A stretch of 64,000 nt of DNA from the NCBI GenBank assembly GCA_963750165.1, contig CAVVPN010000003.1, forward strand, positions 2,688,001 to 2,752,000. Direction: 5' to 3'. Below the pieces are notes generated by a model. It ran no database searches. It was not told the DNA's origin and saw only the letters and a list, made by a program, of their open reading frames with translations. The position numbers and the translations under genes are program-made. The stretch's first letter is position 1; every line of letters begins with the position of its first letter. The DNA comes from an uncultured Gemmataceae bacterium (GTDB lineage: Bacteria > Planctomycetota > Planctomycetia > Gemmatales > Gemmataceae). Below are positions 10,252 to 20,151 of this stretch, one piece after another.

Positions 10252-10503
10252 CACCACAGAGAACGCAGAGAGCGCAGAGAAAAGACAAAAAGAGGATCCA
10301 CAGATAAACACCGCTAAAGACCAATTCAAAATGTCTTTATTGCAGATTGCGAAGGGGGGGAGCGGAAGTCGCCAGACTTCCGAGCAGCACCGGACGGAAG
10401 TCTGGCGACTTCCGCTACACCCAACTGCGAACCGCTCGAGCGGTGTTTATCTGTGGATCAATTCTGCGGTCTTCTCTCCGCGCGCTCCGCGTTCTCTGTG
10501 GTG
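10252..10503. repeat. Three nested inverted repeats
   Basis: Outer 10252-10286/10469-10503 (31/35); middle 10295-10315/10439-10459 (21/21); inner 10361-10382/10395-10416 (22/22). Confidence 0.9.
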
Positions 10504-10529
10504 CATCCTCCGGGCTAACGGGGTCGGCC

Positions 10530-10754
10530 ATGAATCCGCAGAACTCCGTCGAGGTGCTGCTGCGGCAACTGCGCCTCCTGGAACACCAGAACAGCCATCT
10601 GCAATATCAGCTGACGCTGTTGCAGGAGGCCGTCGAGACGATTTGCTACACCTTTCTCGCCAACCCGCAGGACATCGAATCGGCCATCCGGACCGCGATC
10701 ATGCTCAAGGAACGGGCCTTCAAACCGGCGGACTCGCCGATCAAACCCCTGTGA
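10530..10754 (+). CDS. Small coiled-coil hypothetical protein (74 aa)
   Basis: ATG 10530; protein-like composition MNPQNSVEVLLRQLRLLEHQNSHLQYQL. Confidence 0.6.
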   Translation: MNPQNSVEVLLRQLRLLEHQNSHLQYQLTLLQEAVETICYTFLANPQDIESAIRTAIMLKERAFKPADSPIKPL

Positions 10755-10814
10755 CGTGGGGCAGACCTTCCTGTCTGCCATTCTGATTGGCAGACAGGAA
10801 GGTCTGCCCCACGT
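10754..10814. repeat. GTGG-type REP palindrome between convergent genes (possible bidirectional terminator)
   Basis: Perfect 27-bp arms acgtggggcagaccttcctgtctgcca / tggcagacaggaaggtctgccccacgt. Confidence 0.85.
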
Positions 10815-10822
10815 TCCGGACG

Positions 10823-13681
10823 TTACTTCCGCGGCACCTCCTTCGGCACCCGCAGCACCGCCCCATTCTGGCCCAGCAGGTACTTGGCCACCTGCGTCCG
10901 CGACATGCCCGCGCTCATCAGACACGCCGCCTGCCCCGTTGCGAACGCAGTCGCCAGATCGCTGCCGTACACCTTCGACCTCTCCGGCAGCGCCACGTCC
11001 AGCGCGTCGTAGGCCAGCACGTTCGGCTTGCGATAACCGGTCAGGCCCATCGGTGGCCCCAGCGACGCGTACGGCCCCGGCTGGTCCGACAGCTGAGCCG
11101 CGCCCACCGTCACCACCGTCCGCGCGTCCGCCAGCATGCCGATGCTGCCCTGGTCCGTGTGGTAGGTCTCGAAGACCGGCCGGCCAGCTGTGCTCGCCAG
11201 CGGATCAACGCACTCCACGAACAACCGCGGCCACAATTCCCACTTCTTCTCGAACGCCTCCAGCGACGGCGCCCCCAACGGCCGGATGCCCGTCGGCGCC
11301 AGGCCGCGCTCCAGCACGAACGAGTAACGCCCCGTCACCCGGTCCTGGATCAGATCCCAGCGCTCCGGCTGCTGCCGCACCACAAACGCCGCGTAGCGGC
11401 TGCTGCGCTCGATGGTGAACTCGATGCCCTGCTCATAGGTGGCCATGTTCGGGCGGTTATCCAGCCGCTGCGGTGCGCCGTAGGTGACCGCCACCGGCTC
11501 GAAGTCATCGGTGGGCAGCACCTTGCCCGACGGGTCGCGCTGCCGCAGCACCGTCACGCGCAGTTCCGCCAGCGGCGTCCGGTAGCGGTCCTCCTCGCCC
11601 GGGCGGAAGTAGTAATCCGGGTCGTGCGGCTCGCGCCACTGCAACGAGATACGCAGCCGGGCCGGCCCCTTGTTGCCGGCCGGCACGAACGGCTCCCACT
11701 TCAGGAAATTCAACTCCGTCGTCCACTGCCCCTTGTCGAGTTTGGTGCCCGGCGGCGCGAACTCCATGACACCGTTGCCGTCCGCGTCGCGGTACAGGCC
11801 GTACCATGTCTGGCGACGCTGGCTGCCCGCCGACTGCAACCACAACGCCTTCTGTGGCGTCTGGTCGAACCAGCGGCTCAAATAACTACTGCCGCTCAGG
11901 GGATAGCGATCCGGCCAGCTGAACGTGCAGCACACCAGGTCGATGCCGCGCAGCGTGGCCAGGTCCTCCATGAGCTTGAGGAGGCGCAGCTCACGGCGGC
12001 GATGGTCGAGGTCGTCGCGCTCCACCTCCGCCAGGCGACGCAGGCTCCACTGCCGGGGGCTGAACAGCCAGGCCGTCACCGCGTCGCCGAGCAGCCCGTA
12101 CTGTTCGGCAAAATCCGCCTCATCCTGGAAGTCGTCGAGAATCAGCCGGCGCTCCTTCAGGACAATGGCTCGCCGGGTCGCGATCACCGCGGCTTCGGCG
12201 GCCAACTCGTCGCGGCGCCGCTCTAAATCTGGTGACACCAGCGGCTCGCCGTTGATGTAGCGGGCCACGTCCTGAACCTGGTACGGCGTCCGCGGATCGA
12301 CCCGCACCAGCGTCAACTGGGCGTCCGGCGCCGCCAGATGGGCCGCGAGGGCGCACTGCGTCCCGTGGCCGTGCTGCTGCGGTTCAAACCACCGCGGCGC
12401 GGGGTAAAGGTCGGAATCGCGCTGGATTGTCAGGTCCACCAGCCGCGTGTCGGCCGGCAGCTTTTTCTCCTCGATCAACTCCGCGACACCACTAAAGTCG
12501 TCATCAAGGATCGCCAGGCGGAGCTTGCGATCCTTCGCCTTCGGATAGTGGAGGGTGCCCGGGATGTGGAGCTTGCCGCGTTTGCCGAGTTGGTGCAGCC
12601 GGGCCAGGCCGCTCTTTTCCAGCACCTGCTTGTTGTCCGTCGCGAACTTGGCCTCGGCGGCGGCCAGGCGGTAGGACAGCCGCGGCAGCCGAATCGTGCT
12701 GACCTGCGGCAGCGCCGCCAGCTTCCGGACGTAGCCGACGCGCGTGACGCAGGTCACCACCGACCCCAGCCGGCCTTCCAGCAGAATTTCCGGCACGTGC
12801 GCTTTCAGGCCCGACCACCAGAGCCGGTCGTCGTCGCCAGGCGTGTACGTCAGGATGATTTCCAGGCGCGTCGCTTCCAACACCCGGTCCTTGTCGCTGA
12901 CGAGCGGCGCCAACTCGGGGCTGACCTTGTCCATGTACGCGGGGGTGAGCGGTTCCGGCAGCACCAGTTCCCGGGCGGGGGCCGGCTCGCGCAGCACCTC
13001 GGTGACCAGGATGGGGTTCTCCCGGCGCAACGGCAGCGGCAAATCCTCCCGCGCGATGGCCGGCGCGAACCAACCGCCCGGCCGGTTGCGCAGGTCCTTG
13101 AGCAGCGTCTCCAGCTGATGGACCGGCACGGTGCCGACCAGGCGCGTGTGCGGCCGGCCAGTGTAGCCGCGGTGGTCGTAGCCATCCGCCTCCGTAAACC
13201 CTAGCTGGCCCAGCAAAACGAGCACCTGGTTGGCCAGCGTCAGCTGCCGGTCGGGGCTGTAGCCGGACGGCAGTTCCAGCCGCACCTTGACGGGCTGGTT
13301 CGGGTCGTTGGGCAGCTTCAGGTCCGCGGGCACCAGCAGGACCGACGCGACGCTGGGGTCGCCCAGCAGCCGCAGCGGATTGCCGGGGCCGATCTGGCCT
13401 TCCAACTCGTTCTTGCCACGATCCTCGCGGTCGGTTTCGGGACGGTCCTCGAGCGGCGGGTCGAACTTGAATTTGAGACTCTTCAGGTACTCGATCATCG
13501 CGTCGTACTGCTTGACGTGCTGGTCGCGCGGCGCGGGGATGTGGTAGCGGAGTTTCACCCTGTACTTCGCCACCGGCGGCGGTTGCAGCGGTTGCTGGGC
13601 CAGGGACGGGAGCACAAGCAAGCAGGCCAGGGCCGCAATCAGGACCGCGGCTCGCGAACGGGGGCCGACGCCGGACGTCAT
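10823..13681 (-). CDS. Large secreted protein with a divergent subtilase (S8)-like domain
   Basis: Signal peptide after ATG 13681; LRLAILDDDFSG, HGHGTQCA, VVTVGA, KPNVLA, YGSDLATAFATG in subtilase order. Confidence 0.65.
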   Translation of the reverse strand: MTSGVGPRSRAAVLIAALACLLVLPSLAQQPLQPPPVAKYRVKLRYHIPAPRDQHVKQYDAMIEYLKSLKFKFDPPLEDRPETDREDRGKNELEGQIGPGNPLRLLGDPSVASVLLVPADLKLPNDPNQPVKVRLELPSGYSPDRQLTLANQVLVLLGQLGFTEADGYDHRGYTGRPHTRLVGTVPVHQLETLLKDLRNRPGGWFAPAIAREDLPLPLRRENPILVTEVLREPAPARELVLPEPLTPAYMDKVSPELAPLVSDKDRVLEATRLEIILTYTPGDDDRLWWSGLKAHVPEILLEGRLGSVVTCVTRVGYVRKLAALPQVSTIRLPRLSYRLAAAEAKFATDNKQVLEKSGLARLHQLGKRGKLHIPGTLHYPKAKDRKLRLAILDDDFSGVAELIEEKKLPADTRLVDLTIQRDSDLYPAPRWFEPQQHGHGTQCALAAHLAAPDAQLTLVRVDPRTPYQVQDVARYINGEPLVSPDLERRRDELAAEAAVIATRRAIVLKERRLILDDFQDEADFAEQYGLLGDAVTAWLFSPRQWSLRRLAEVERDDLDHRRRELRLLKLMEDLATLRGIDLVCCTFSWPDRYPLSGSSYLSRWFDQTPQKALWLQSAGSQRRQTWYGLYRDADGNGVMEFAPPGTKLDKGQWTTELNFLKWEPFVPAGNKGPARLRISLQWREPHDPDYYFRPGEEDRYRTPLAELRVTVLRQRDPSGKVLPTDDFEPVAVTYGAPQRLDNRPNMATYEQGIEFTIERSSRYAAFVVRQQPERWDLIQDRVTGRYSFVLERGLAPTGIRPLGAPSLEAFEKKWELWPRLFVECVDPLASTAGRPVFETYHTDQGSIGMLADARTVVTVGAAQLSDQPGPYASLGPPMGLTGYRKPNVLAYDALDVALPERSKVYGSDLATAFATGQAACLMSAGMSRTQVAKYLLGQNGAVLRVPKEVPRK

Positions 13682-13901
13682 GATGAAACACCTCGCAGGG
13701 GCGCGCGTGGATGGGAGCGCAGCCGTCATTAGAAGAATTGTTGCGCCCGCCCGGCCGTTTGCCAAGGGCAGTCCGCGCAAGTATGCCATGCTCCCGACGA
13801 CGACACGGCCTTGCCGGCGAGCGCCCGAGCCCGGAAAACAACCCAGGCAACCGGCGCCGCCGGCACAGGCGCGCCAGACGGAACCCCGACAGGAGTCGCG
13901 C

Positions 13902-14714
13902 ATGTCCTTCGCCAACCAGGTCGCAATCATCACGGGAGCGTCCAGCGGCATCGGCTGGTCGCTGGCGAAGGCGCTGGCGAAGGAGGGGGCGCGCGTCGGC
14001 CTCGTGGCCCGGCGACTCGACAAACTGGAGGCGCTCGCCGCGGACATCCGTGGGCAGGGCGGCACCGTCGCCGTCGCCGCCGCGGACGTTGGCGACCGTC
14101 ACTCGACCGTCGCGGCCATCCACCAGCTGGCGGCGGAGCTGGGGCCGATCGATCTGCTGATTGCCAACGCCGGCGTCGGGGCGCCGACGCTGCTGGAGCC
14201 GCTCAACGTCGAGATGGTCGAGAAGATGGTGCGCGTCAACCTGCTCGGCGTCGTCTACGCCATTGAGGCGGTGTTGCCGGCGATGCTGGAGCGCAAGCGC
14301 GGCCATCTGGCGGCGGTGTCGAGCCTGGCGGCGTACAAGGGTTTGCCCGGCGAATCGGGCTACTGCGCGAGCAAGGCCGCCGTCAACAGCTACATGGAGG
14401 GTTTGCGCATTCAGTTGCAGAGCCGCGGCATCGCCGTGACGACCATCTGTCCGGGCTTCGTCAAGACGCCGATGACGGACATGAACAACTTCAAAATGCC
14501 GTGGCTGGTCACCGCAGACGAGGCGGCACGGCGGATCGTGCGGGCGCTGCGGCGGCGGCGCAAGGTGTTCAACTTCCCGTGGCAGACGACGCTGATGATG
14601 AAGCTGACGCGCTGGCTGCCGGACCGGGTTGTGGCCTACTTCATGCAGGACTACAACGACAAGCCGCCGATGCCCACGGACGAGATGGCCCACGGCGCGG
14701 CGGGGCCGGGTTAG
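13902..14714 (+). CDS. Short-chain dehydrogenase/reductase
   Basis: TGASSGIG, ANAG, YCASK; AGGAG RBS. Confidence 0.92.
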   Translation: MSFANQVAIITGASSGIGWSLAKALAKEGARVGLVARRLDKLEALAADIRGQGGTVAVAAADVGDRHSTVAAIHQLAAELGPIDLLIANAGVGAPTLLEPLNVEMVEKMVRVNLLGVVYAIEAVLPAMLERKRGHLAAVSSLAAYKGLPGESGYCASKAAVNSYMEGLRIQLQSRGIAVTTICPGFVKTPMTDMNNFKMPWLVTADEAARRIVRALRRRRKVFNFPWQTTLMMKLTRWLPDRVVAYFMQDYNDKPPMPTDEMAHGAAGPG

Positions 14715-15142
14715 GCGTCGATCATGTGTTCGCCGCCGTGCTCGGGGTTGCCGATCAGCCGCTGGTTCTTCGGGTCCACCACCCAGTCCATCAATTCCAG
14801 CGGCACCTGCCCAATAATTACGTTGAAGGTGTCGGGAATCTCCCCCACGTCGCACACGCAGTCGCGCCCCTGCACTGTCAGCCGCACGGCCCGATAAATC
14901 TGCATCGCCGCCTCGCCGTTGATGGTTCGCGAGCGACGCGTGCGCAGCGGCTGCAAGCCCAACCGGGCGATCAGCCCCTTTGGCATCAGCAGCGTGCTCG
15001 CCCCCGTGTCCACCAATGCGTCCATCACTTCGACGCAGCGGACCTGATCCGCGGGCAGCACGTTTTGATTGGCCTTGAACACGTCTTCCAGGTTCTCGAT
15101 CCGGGCCGCGACCAGCACCTTGCCCATCGTCATCGACTCCAT
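14711..15142 (-). CDS. Clan AA (retropepsin-like) aspartyl protease
   Basis: ALVDTGA, IIGQVPLE. Confidence 0.85.
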   Translation of the reverse strand: MESMTMGKVLVAARIENLEDVFKANQNVLPADQVRCVEVMDALVDTGASTLLMPKGLIARLGLQPLRTRRSRTINGEAAMQIYRAVRLTVQGRDCVCDVGEIPDTFNVIIGQVPLELMDWVVDPKNQRLIGNPEHGGEHMIDA

Positions 15143-15175
15143 GACCCTTCTCCGCAGAGGTTGAATTTGACTGCT

Positions 15176-16555
15176 TCAGTTTATCGCATTCCCCTCGTGC
15201 CGGTGGCTCTCCTCCGGCACCGTCAGGAAGCCCCAGCGCAGCGCCTGGTCCTGCATGTAATTCTTGCCCAGCGTCAGCGCCGTCACCGCCTTGGCCAGTT
15301 CGTAGCCCAGGTAGAACGCATGCGCCGGGTCAATCGCTTCCTGCTCCAGCATCTGCCGGAACAGCGCGAACGGATCGGTTTCCCACAGAAATAACTGGTG
15401 ATTCAGCGCGTACAGCAGGCCGCGCTCCGCGAACAGGCGGAAATTGCGGTCCTTGATGTTCGCCGCCAGTTCGCGCAGCGCCGCCTCGCCGTGCTCCTTT
15501 AGCTTTGGATCGCGCAACAGCACCAAATTCGGCTCCAGCTTCTTCGGCAGCACGCGCTGGCGCACGGCGTAATGCACCAACCGCCGCGCCAGGTCCAGTT
15601 CGCGCACGCAGCTGCGGCACCAGTTGATGACCTCCGTCGTCAACACGCTGCGGATGCCCACCTCCTGACAGAAGCCGAGCAGCATCACATTGACGCCGGC
15701 CGAATCCGCGTCCGTCAGTTCCGTTAAATTGCCGACGCCCATCAGCATCGCCGCGTCCGGGTAGCGGCGGCGCACCTCCAGGTAGCGGCCCAGCGACGCC
15801 GCGAAGCCGAAGCCGATCGGCTCCAGCACCGGGTCGATGCGGAACGGCACCCCCGCCATGGTTAGTCCTTCGACAGTCGCGTCCAGGCCGGCCAGCGTCG
15901 CGGGCACGTCCGGCACCGCCACGACCTCGCAGCCCCAGTCCGCCGCTGCAGCGATGTTCGTGCCGTTGACGCTCAGCACCAGTTCCGCCCCGGCCGCGGC
16001 CGCCAGCGCCACCTCGCGGCCGTCGAAGCTGTCCACCGACACGCGCAGCCCCGCGTCGCGCAGCCGCCGTACCGCGTCGCCGACCGCCTCCCAGGTGCCG
16101 TCCGGGTCGCAGCCCAGATCGATCACGTCCGCCCCCGATGCCCGCGCCGCCAACGCCTGCCGCAGTAACTCCTCCGGCGCCAGCCGCGGCGCGTGGTTGA
16201 TCTCCGCGAGAATCTCGATGTCGAAGGCGCCGTAATCGCTTTTCGCCTGGTCCGCCTTGAAGAACTCGGGCAGGTCGCGCAGGTCCGCGGGGCCGCGCTC
16301 TACCGGTATCCCGACCGCCGTCGCAACCACGTCCAGGTCGCCGCCGCACAGGCCCGGCAGGACGACGCGCGCGACGCCAGCGGGCACAGTCAGGTGGCGC
16401 ACGACCCACGGCGTCGTCGTCAGCGCCGCCACGGTGATCGGCAGCACCGCCACGCTGTAGTCGAAGCCGGCGCGCGCCGCCAGCTCGGCCAGCGTCCGCC
16501 GCAGCGCCGCCTCGGCCAGCTTGCCGGTCACGAACAGCAGGTGGGGTTGTGCCAT
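15176..16555 (-). CDS. Dihydropteroate-synthase-like protein (Orf20-type, tetrahydromethanopterin biosynthesis)
   Basis: LFVTGKLAE, AEINHAP, GADVIDLG, GNLTELTDADS, HAFYLGYELAKA...YMQD. Confidence 0.82.
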   Translation of the reverse strand: MAQPHLLFVTGKLAEAALRRTLAELAARAGFDYSVAVLPITVAALTTTPWVVRHLTVPAGVARVVLPGLCGGDLDVVATAVGIPVERGPADLRDLPEFFKADQAKSDYGAFDIEILAEINHAPRLAPEELLRQALAARASGADVIDLGCDPDGTWEAVGDAVRRLRDAGLRVSVDSFDGREVALAAAAGAELVLSVNGTNIAAAADWGCEVVAVPDVPATLAGLDATVEGLTMAGVPFRIDPVLEPIGFGFAASLGRYLEVRRRYPDAAMLMGVGNLTELTDADSAGVNVMLLGFCQEVGIRSVLTTEVINWCRSCVRELDLARRLVHYAVRQRVLPKKLEPNLVLLRDPKLKEHGEAALRELAANIKDRNFRLFAERGLLYALNHQLFLWETDPFALFRQMLEQEAIDPAHAFYLGYELAKAVTALTLGKNYMQDQALRWGFLTVPEESHRHEGNAIN

Positions 16556-16605
16556 GAGAGTCAGCCGTTCGGGGCGGCCGCTGTCCGGTTCCCTCCCCCA
16601 ACAGG

Positions 16606-16945
16606 CATTGGTATTTACACAAATACCACTGGGGGGACAGGGCGGTATAATCAGTGTATGTATCTTCTTTGCCTGATCTGGAGCGGTGCTTGCAACGACG
16701 GTACGACCAACTGATCCAGGAGCAGGTGGCTCCCCTCCAAACTGTGGCCGCTGGACGCCGCGCTGTCCCCGCCCTGGCGCGCTCCCTTCACCAGCACCCA
16801 GGCCGCCTGGCGCTTCTGGGCCAAGCGCGCACGACGCTGACCACCCTCGCGCAACCCCTGGTGCAGGCCGCGCGCGCCGCCGTCCCCCAGGAGTGCCTCG
16901 TATCACCCTCGTCGTCCACGACTGGTCGCTGCTCCATGGGACTAT
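16606..16945 (+). mobile_element. Truncated, frameshifted IS4-like transposase remnant with one terminal sequence
   Basis: End-like CATTGGTATTTACACAAAT at 16606; TATAAT at 16646; broken frames give LQRRYDQLIQE, FTSTQAAWRFW, LVVHDWSLLH. Confidence 0.6.
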
Positions 16946-17184
16946 CTGAGAGAGCAACGCCCGAACTCTGTTCGCGCGAAACGTAAACGGACGCCAGGCT
17001 GCCACCCGTCCGGGGGTGGCTTGACTCGCGAAGGCAATGCCAGGCAACGGCCGGAGCGGCCATGCCCGGTCTGGCGCTCTTTGGCAAATAGGGGTGTGAG
17101 AGAAACGTGAGATGAAACGCGAACCCCTGTGCCACTAAAGGGTTATTTCATCTCACCCCCGAGAGATGAAATCGCCTCGTTTCT

Positions 17185-17210
17185 GGTCGGAGCCCGAGCG
17201 CCAGCGAGGG
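17185..17210. repeat. Half REP unit (GGTCGGAGCCCGAGCGCCAGCG)
   Basis: 22-nt match to the arm of the palindrome at 24791. Confidence 0.7.
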
Positions 17211-17216
17211 TTAGGA

Positions 17217-18176
17217 CTAGCGCGCGGCCAGCAACTCCTCCGGCGTGACCGTGGCGGTGCCGACCTTGCCCACGACAATGCTGGCCGCCCGGTTGGCCAG
17301 GTGCATGGCCTCTTCCAGGTTGCCCCCGGCTGCCAGGCTCAGCGCCAGGGTGCTGGCCACGGTGTCGCCGGCGCCGGTCACGTCGTACACGTGCCGCGCC
17401 AGCGTCGGCAGGTGGACCGTGTCGGCGTCCGCGCGGAACAGCGACATGCCCTGCGGCCCGCGCGTGATCAGCAGCGCGGAGCCGTCCAGGATTTCCAGCA
17501 GTCGCCGGCCGACCTCGCGCAAACTGGCCTCGTCGGTGATGGGCTGCTTGGCGACGGCCTCGGCCTCGTGGACGTTGGGCTTGACCACGGTGGCGCCGCG
17601 GTACTTGCCGTAATCGGTCCCCTTGGGGTCCACCACGACGGGCCGGCCAGCCAGCCGCGCCAGCCGGATGAACTGCCGGGCGACGCGCTCGGACACCAGC
17701 CCCTTGCCGTAGTCGGAGATGACGCACACCTCCACGCCGGGCAGCCGCGCTTCGGCCGCGGCCAGCAGTTCGTCCTCCAGGCCCGCGGCCAGTGGCGCCC
17801 GCTGCTCACAGTCCAGGCGCACGACCTGCTGGCTGTGGGCGACGATGCGCGTCTTGGTCGTCGTCAGCCGGGTGGGGTCAACGCACAGCCCTTCGGGGTC
17901 GATACCGTGCCGGGTCAGGGCCTCGCGCAGGACGGTGGCGTGATAGTCGCCGCCCACGATGCCGAGCAGCATCGGCACACCGCCCAGCGCCGCCACGTTG
18001 GCGGCCGTGTTGGATGCGCCGCCCGGCACATAAGTCCGGCGGCTCATCTCCACCACCGGCACGGGCGCTTCCGGCGAAATCCGCCGGACCTCGCCCCAGA
18101 TGTACTCGTCCAGCATCACGTCGCCCAGGACGAGCACCCGTTTGCCGCGAAACGCCTCGGCCAGCCTGCGGTTCAT
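17217..18176 (-). CDS. rfaE1: D-glycero-D-manno-heptose-7-phosphate kinase (HldA/RfaE domain I)
   Basis: LGDVMLDEY, RISPEAPVPVV, SDYGKG, VYDVTGAGDTV. Confidence 0.92.
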   Translation of the reverse strand: MNRRLAEAFRGKRVLVLGDVMLDEYIWGEVRRISPEAPVPVVEMSRRTYVPGGASNTAANVAALGGVPMLLGIVGGDYHATVLREALTRHGIDPEGLCVDPTRLTTTKTRIVAHSQQVVRLDCEQRAPLAAGLEDELLAAAEARLPGVEVCVISDYGKGLVSERVARQFIRLARLAGRPVVVDPKGTDYGKYRGATVVKPNVHEAEAVAKQPITDEASLREVGRRLLEILDGSALLITRGPQGMSLFRADADTVHLPTLARHVYDVTGAGDTVASTLALSLAAGGNLEEAMHLANRAASIVVGKVGTATVTPEELLAAR

Positions 18177-19176
18177 GACTGCCCTCCTACCGACTCCCGT
18201 TCCCGACCCATGAGGAAATGCACAATGGCCGCCCAGTCCGGCGCCACGAAATCCGCGGCGGCCGCGCCGTCGTCGGCAGCCGCGACCAGGACGGTGCGGC
18301 AGCCGGCGGCCCGGCCGGCCGACACATCGCTCGGCTTGTCGCCGACCATGAACGAGCGCGCCAGGTCCAGGTTCAGATCGTCCGCCGCGCCCGCAGCAGG
18401 TGCGGCGACGGCTTCCGACAGGCACACCCCTCGTCCGGGGCGTGGTAGCAGTAGTACGCGCCGTCGAGGGCGACGCCCTGTTCCGCGAGGATTTCGACCA
18501 GGCGCTGGTGAACGCGGCCAGCCTGCTCCCGCGTGAGAATGCCGCGGCCGACCCCGGACTGGTTGCTGACCACGACCAGGGCGAAGCCGTGCCGGCGCAG
18601 CTCCGCCAGTGCCCGCACGGCCCCCGGCAAAGGCCGAAGCTGTTGCGGATCGCGCGGGTAGCCGACGTCTTCCACCAGCGTGCCGTCGCGGTCGAGGAAG
18701 ACCGCGGGCCGCAGCGCTGCCCGCCGGGCCAGTTCGGTCGTCGAGACGCCCGGCGAGAACGACAGGAAGGCGAAGCGGCCGCCATACGACGCGATCAGGG
18801 CAGCCTCGGGGATCGGCTTGCCGTGCGGCGGCGCGTAGTCGCCGCCCTTGCAGCAGATGTCCGGTCGCAGCCGGGCCAGCACGGGCTCCGGCGTCGCTTC
18901 ACCAAAGACCACCACCGCATCGACGCACTCCAGGGCCGCGAGCACCTCGGCCCGTTCATCTTCCGGGACCAGCGGCCGGGTCGGGCCCTTGAGCCGCCGC
19001 ACCGAACGGTCGCTGTTCACGCCGACGATCAGCACGTCCCCCAGATCGCGCGCCTCCTGCAGGCTGCGCACGTGGCCGACGTGGAGCAGGTCAAAGCAGC
19101 CGTTCGTCCAGACGACCGTTTTGCGCTCGGCCCGCCAGCGTTCGCGGAACGGCAGCAGTTGCTCCAGGGTGAGCAC
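18173..19176 (-). CDS. Fused heptose-1-P nucleotidyltransferase (HldC/RfaE2) + GmhB-type HAD phosphatase; frameshift at ~18390
   Basis: TNGCFDLLHVGH, KGGDY, then FLDRDGTL, SNQSG, CRKP, MVGDKPSD. Confidence 0.85.
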
Positions 19177-19200
19177 CTTGCGCGGGGTATGGTCGAGCGC

Positions 19201-20151
19201 TCACGCGGGGCCCTCCGCCAGTTCGTCCACCACCGCCTGGGCCAGCAGCGGCAGCAGCAGTTCGTGCCGGCCGATGAGGCTGTAGCCCTTGCCGCCGACG
19301 GTTGGCGGGCGTCGCACCACGTTCTCGCCGGGGCGGTAGTGGGCGATCATGTCCACGTTCACGGTCACGAAGTCGTGCAGCTCGGCCCCGAGGTTCTGAG
19401 CCACGGTGAACGCCTTCAGGAAAACCTCCGGCAGCAGCACTGCGGAGCCGGCGTTGAGGTAGACGCCGCCGCTGAGGTGCGTCACGCAGCCGGCCAGGAG
19501 GCGGAAGTCGTTGAAGCTCGCCTGGCCGAGCGCGGCGCCGTTGGCCGACGGGTGCATGTGCGTGATGTCGGTGCCGACGGCCACGTGGACCGTCAGCGGC
19601 ACACCCAGTTCGCGCGCGGTTGCCAGCAGGCTGTGCCCACAATGCGGGGCGTGCGTGCGGATGAGGAAGTCGCCCAGCAACTCGCCCATGCCGCGCTCGG
19701 GCTGGCGAAGCACCTCGTTGACCGCCTCGTTCATCAGTTCGCCGGTTTCGCGCACCATGCCGAAGGTGCCGTGACGCAGGCCAGCCGCCACGTCCTCGGA
19801 GGTTTCGCCGATCAGGGCCAGTTCAAAGTCGTGGATGGCGCCGGCGCCGTTCACCGCCAGCGCGGTGACGATCCGGCGCTTCAGCAGGTCGATCAGCACC
19901 GGGTTGAGCCCGCACTTGATGACGTGGGCGCCCAGGCCGACGATCACCGGCCGGCCGCGCCGCCGCGCTCCGACGATGGCCTCGATGACGGCACGGAAGT
20001 CGTTGCCGGCCAGGATGGCGGGCAGGCCGGCCAGAAAGTCCTTGACGGACTGGCCCGGCACCGGCGGCCGGGCGAACCAGTCAAGGTTCACCTTGTTCGA
20101 CCGCGCCCCCAGCGGGACAGTGCGCACCCGGTTCAGATCGACGGGATTCAT
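19201..20151 (-). CDS. Conserved hypothetical protein, deoxyhypusine-synthase-like fold
   Basis: GAHVIKCG, NGAGAIHDFE, GSAVLLPEVFLKA, GRHELLLP. Confidence 0.7.
   Translation of the reverse strand: MNPVDLNRVRTVPLGARSNKVNLDWFARPPVPGQSVKDFLAGLPAILAGNDFRAVIEAIVGARRRGRPVIVGLGAHVIKCGLNPVLIDLLKRRIVTALAVNGAGAIHDFELALIGETSEDVAAGLRHGTFGMVRETGELMNEAVNEVLRQPERGMGELLGDFLIRTHAPHCGHSLLATARELGVPLTVHVAVGTDITHMHPSANGAALGQASFNDFRLLAGCVTHLSGGVYLNAGSAVLLPEVFLKAFTVAQNLGAELHDFVTVNVDMIAHYRPGENVVRRPPTVGGKGYSLIGRHELLLPLLAQAVVDELAEGPA

Noticed and set aside
6292..10814. Palindromes as a CRISPR array or RNA genes
   Set aside because: No regularly spaced direct repeats with spacers, no cas genes, and no tRNA/rRNA signatures seen
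13681..14065. Long N-terminal extensions in the ORF track (also 15176-17047, 17217-18785, 44171)
   Set aside because: They overlap other genes; downstream starts fit signal peptides and family N-termini better
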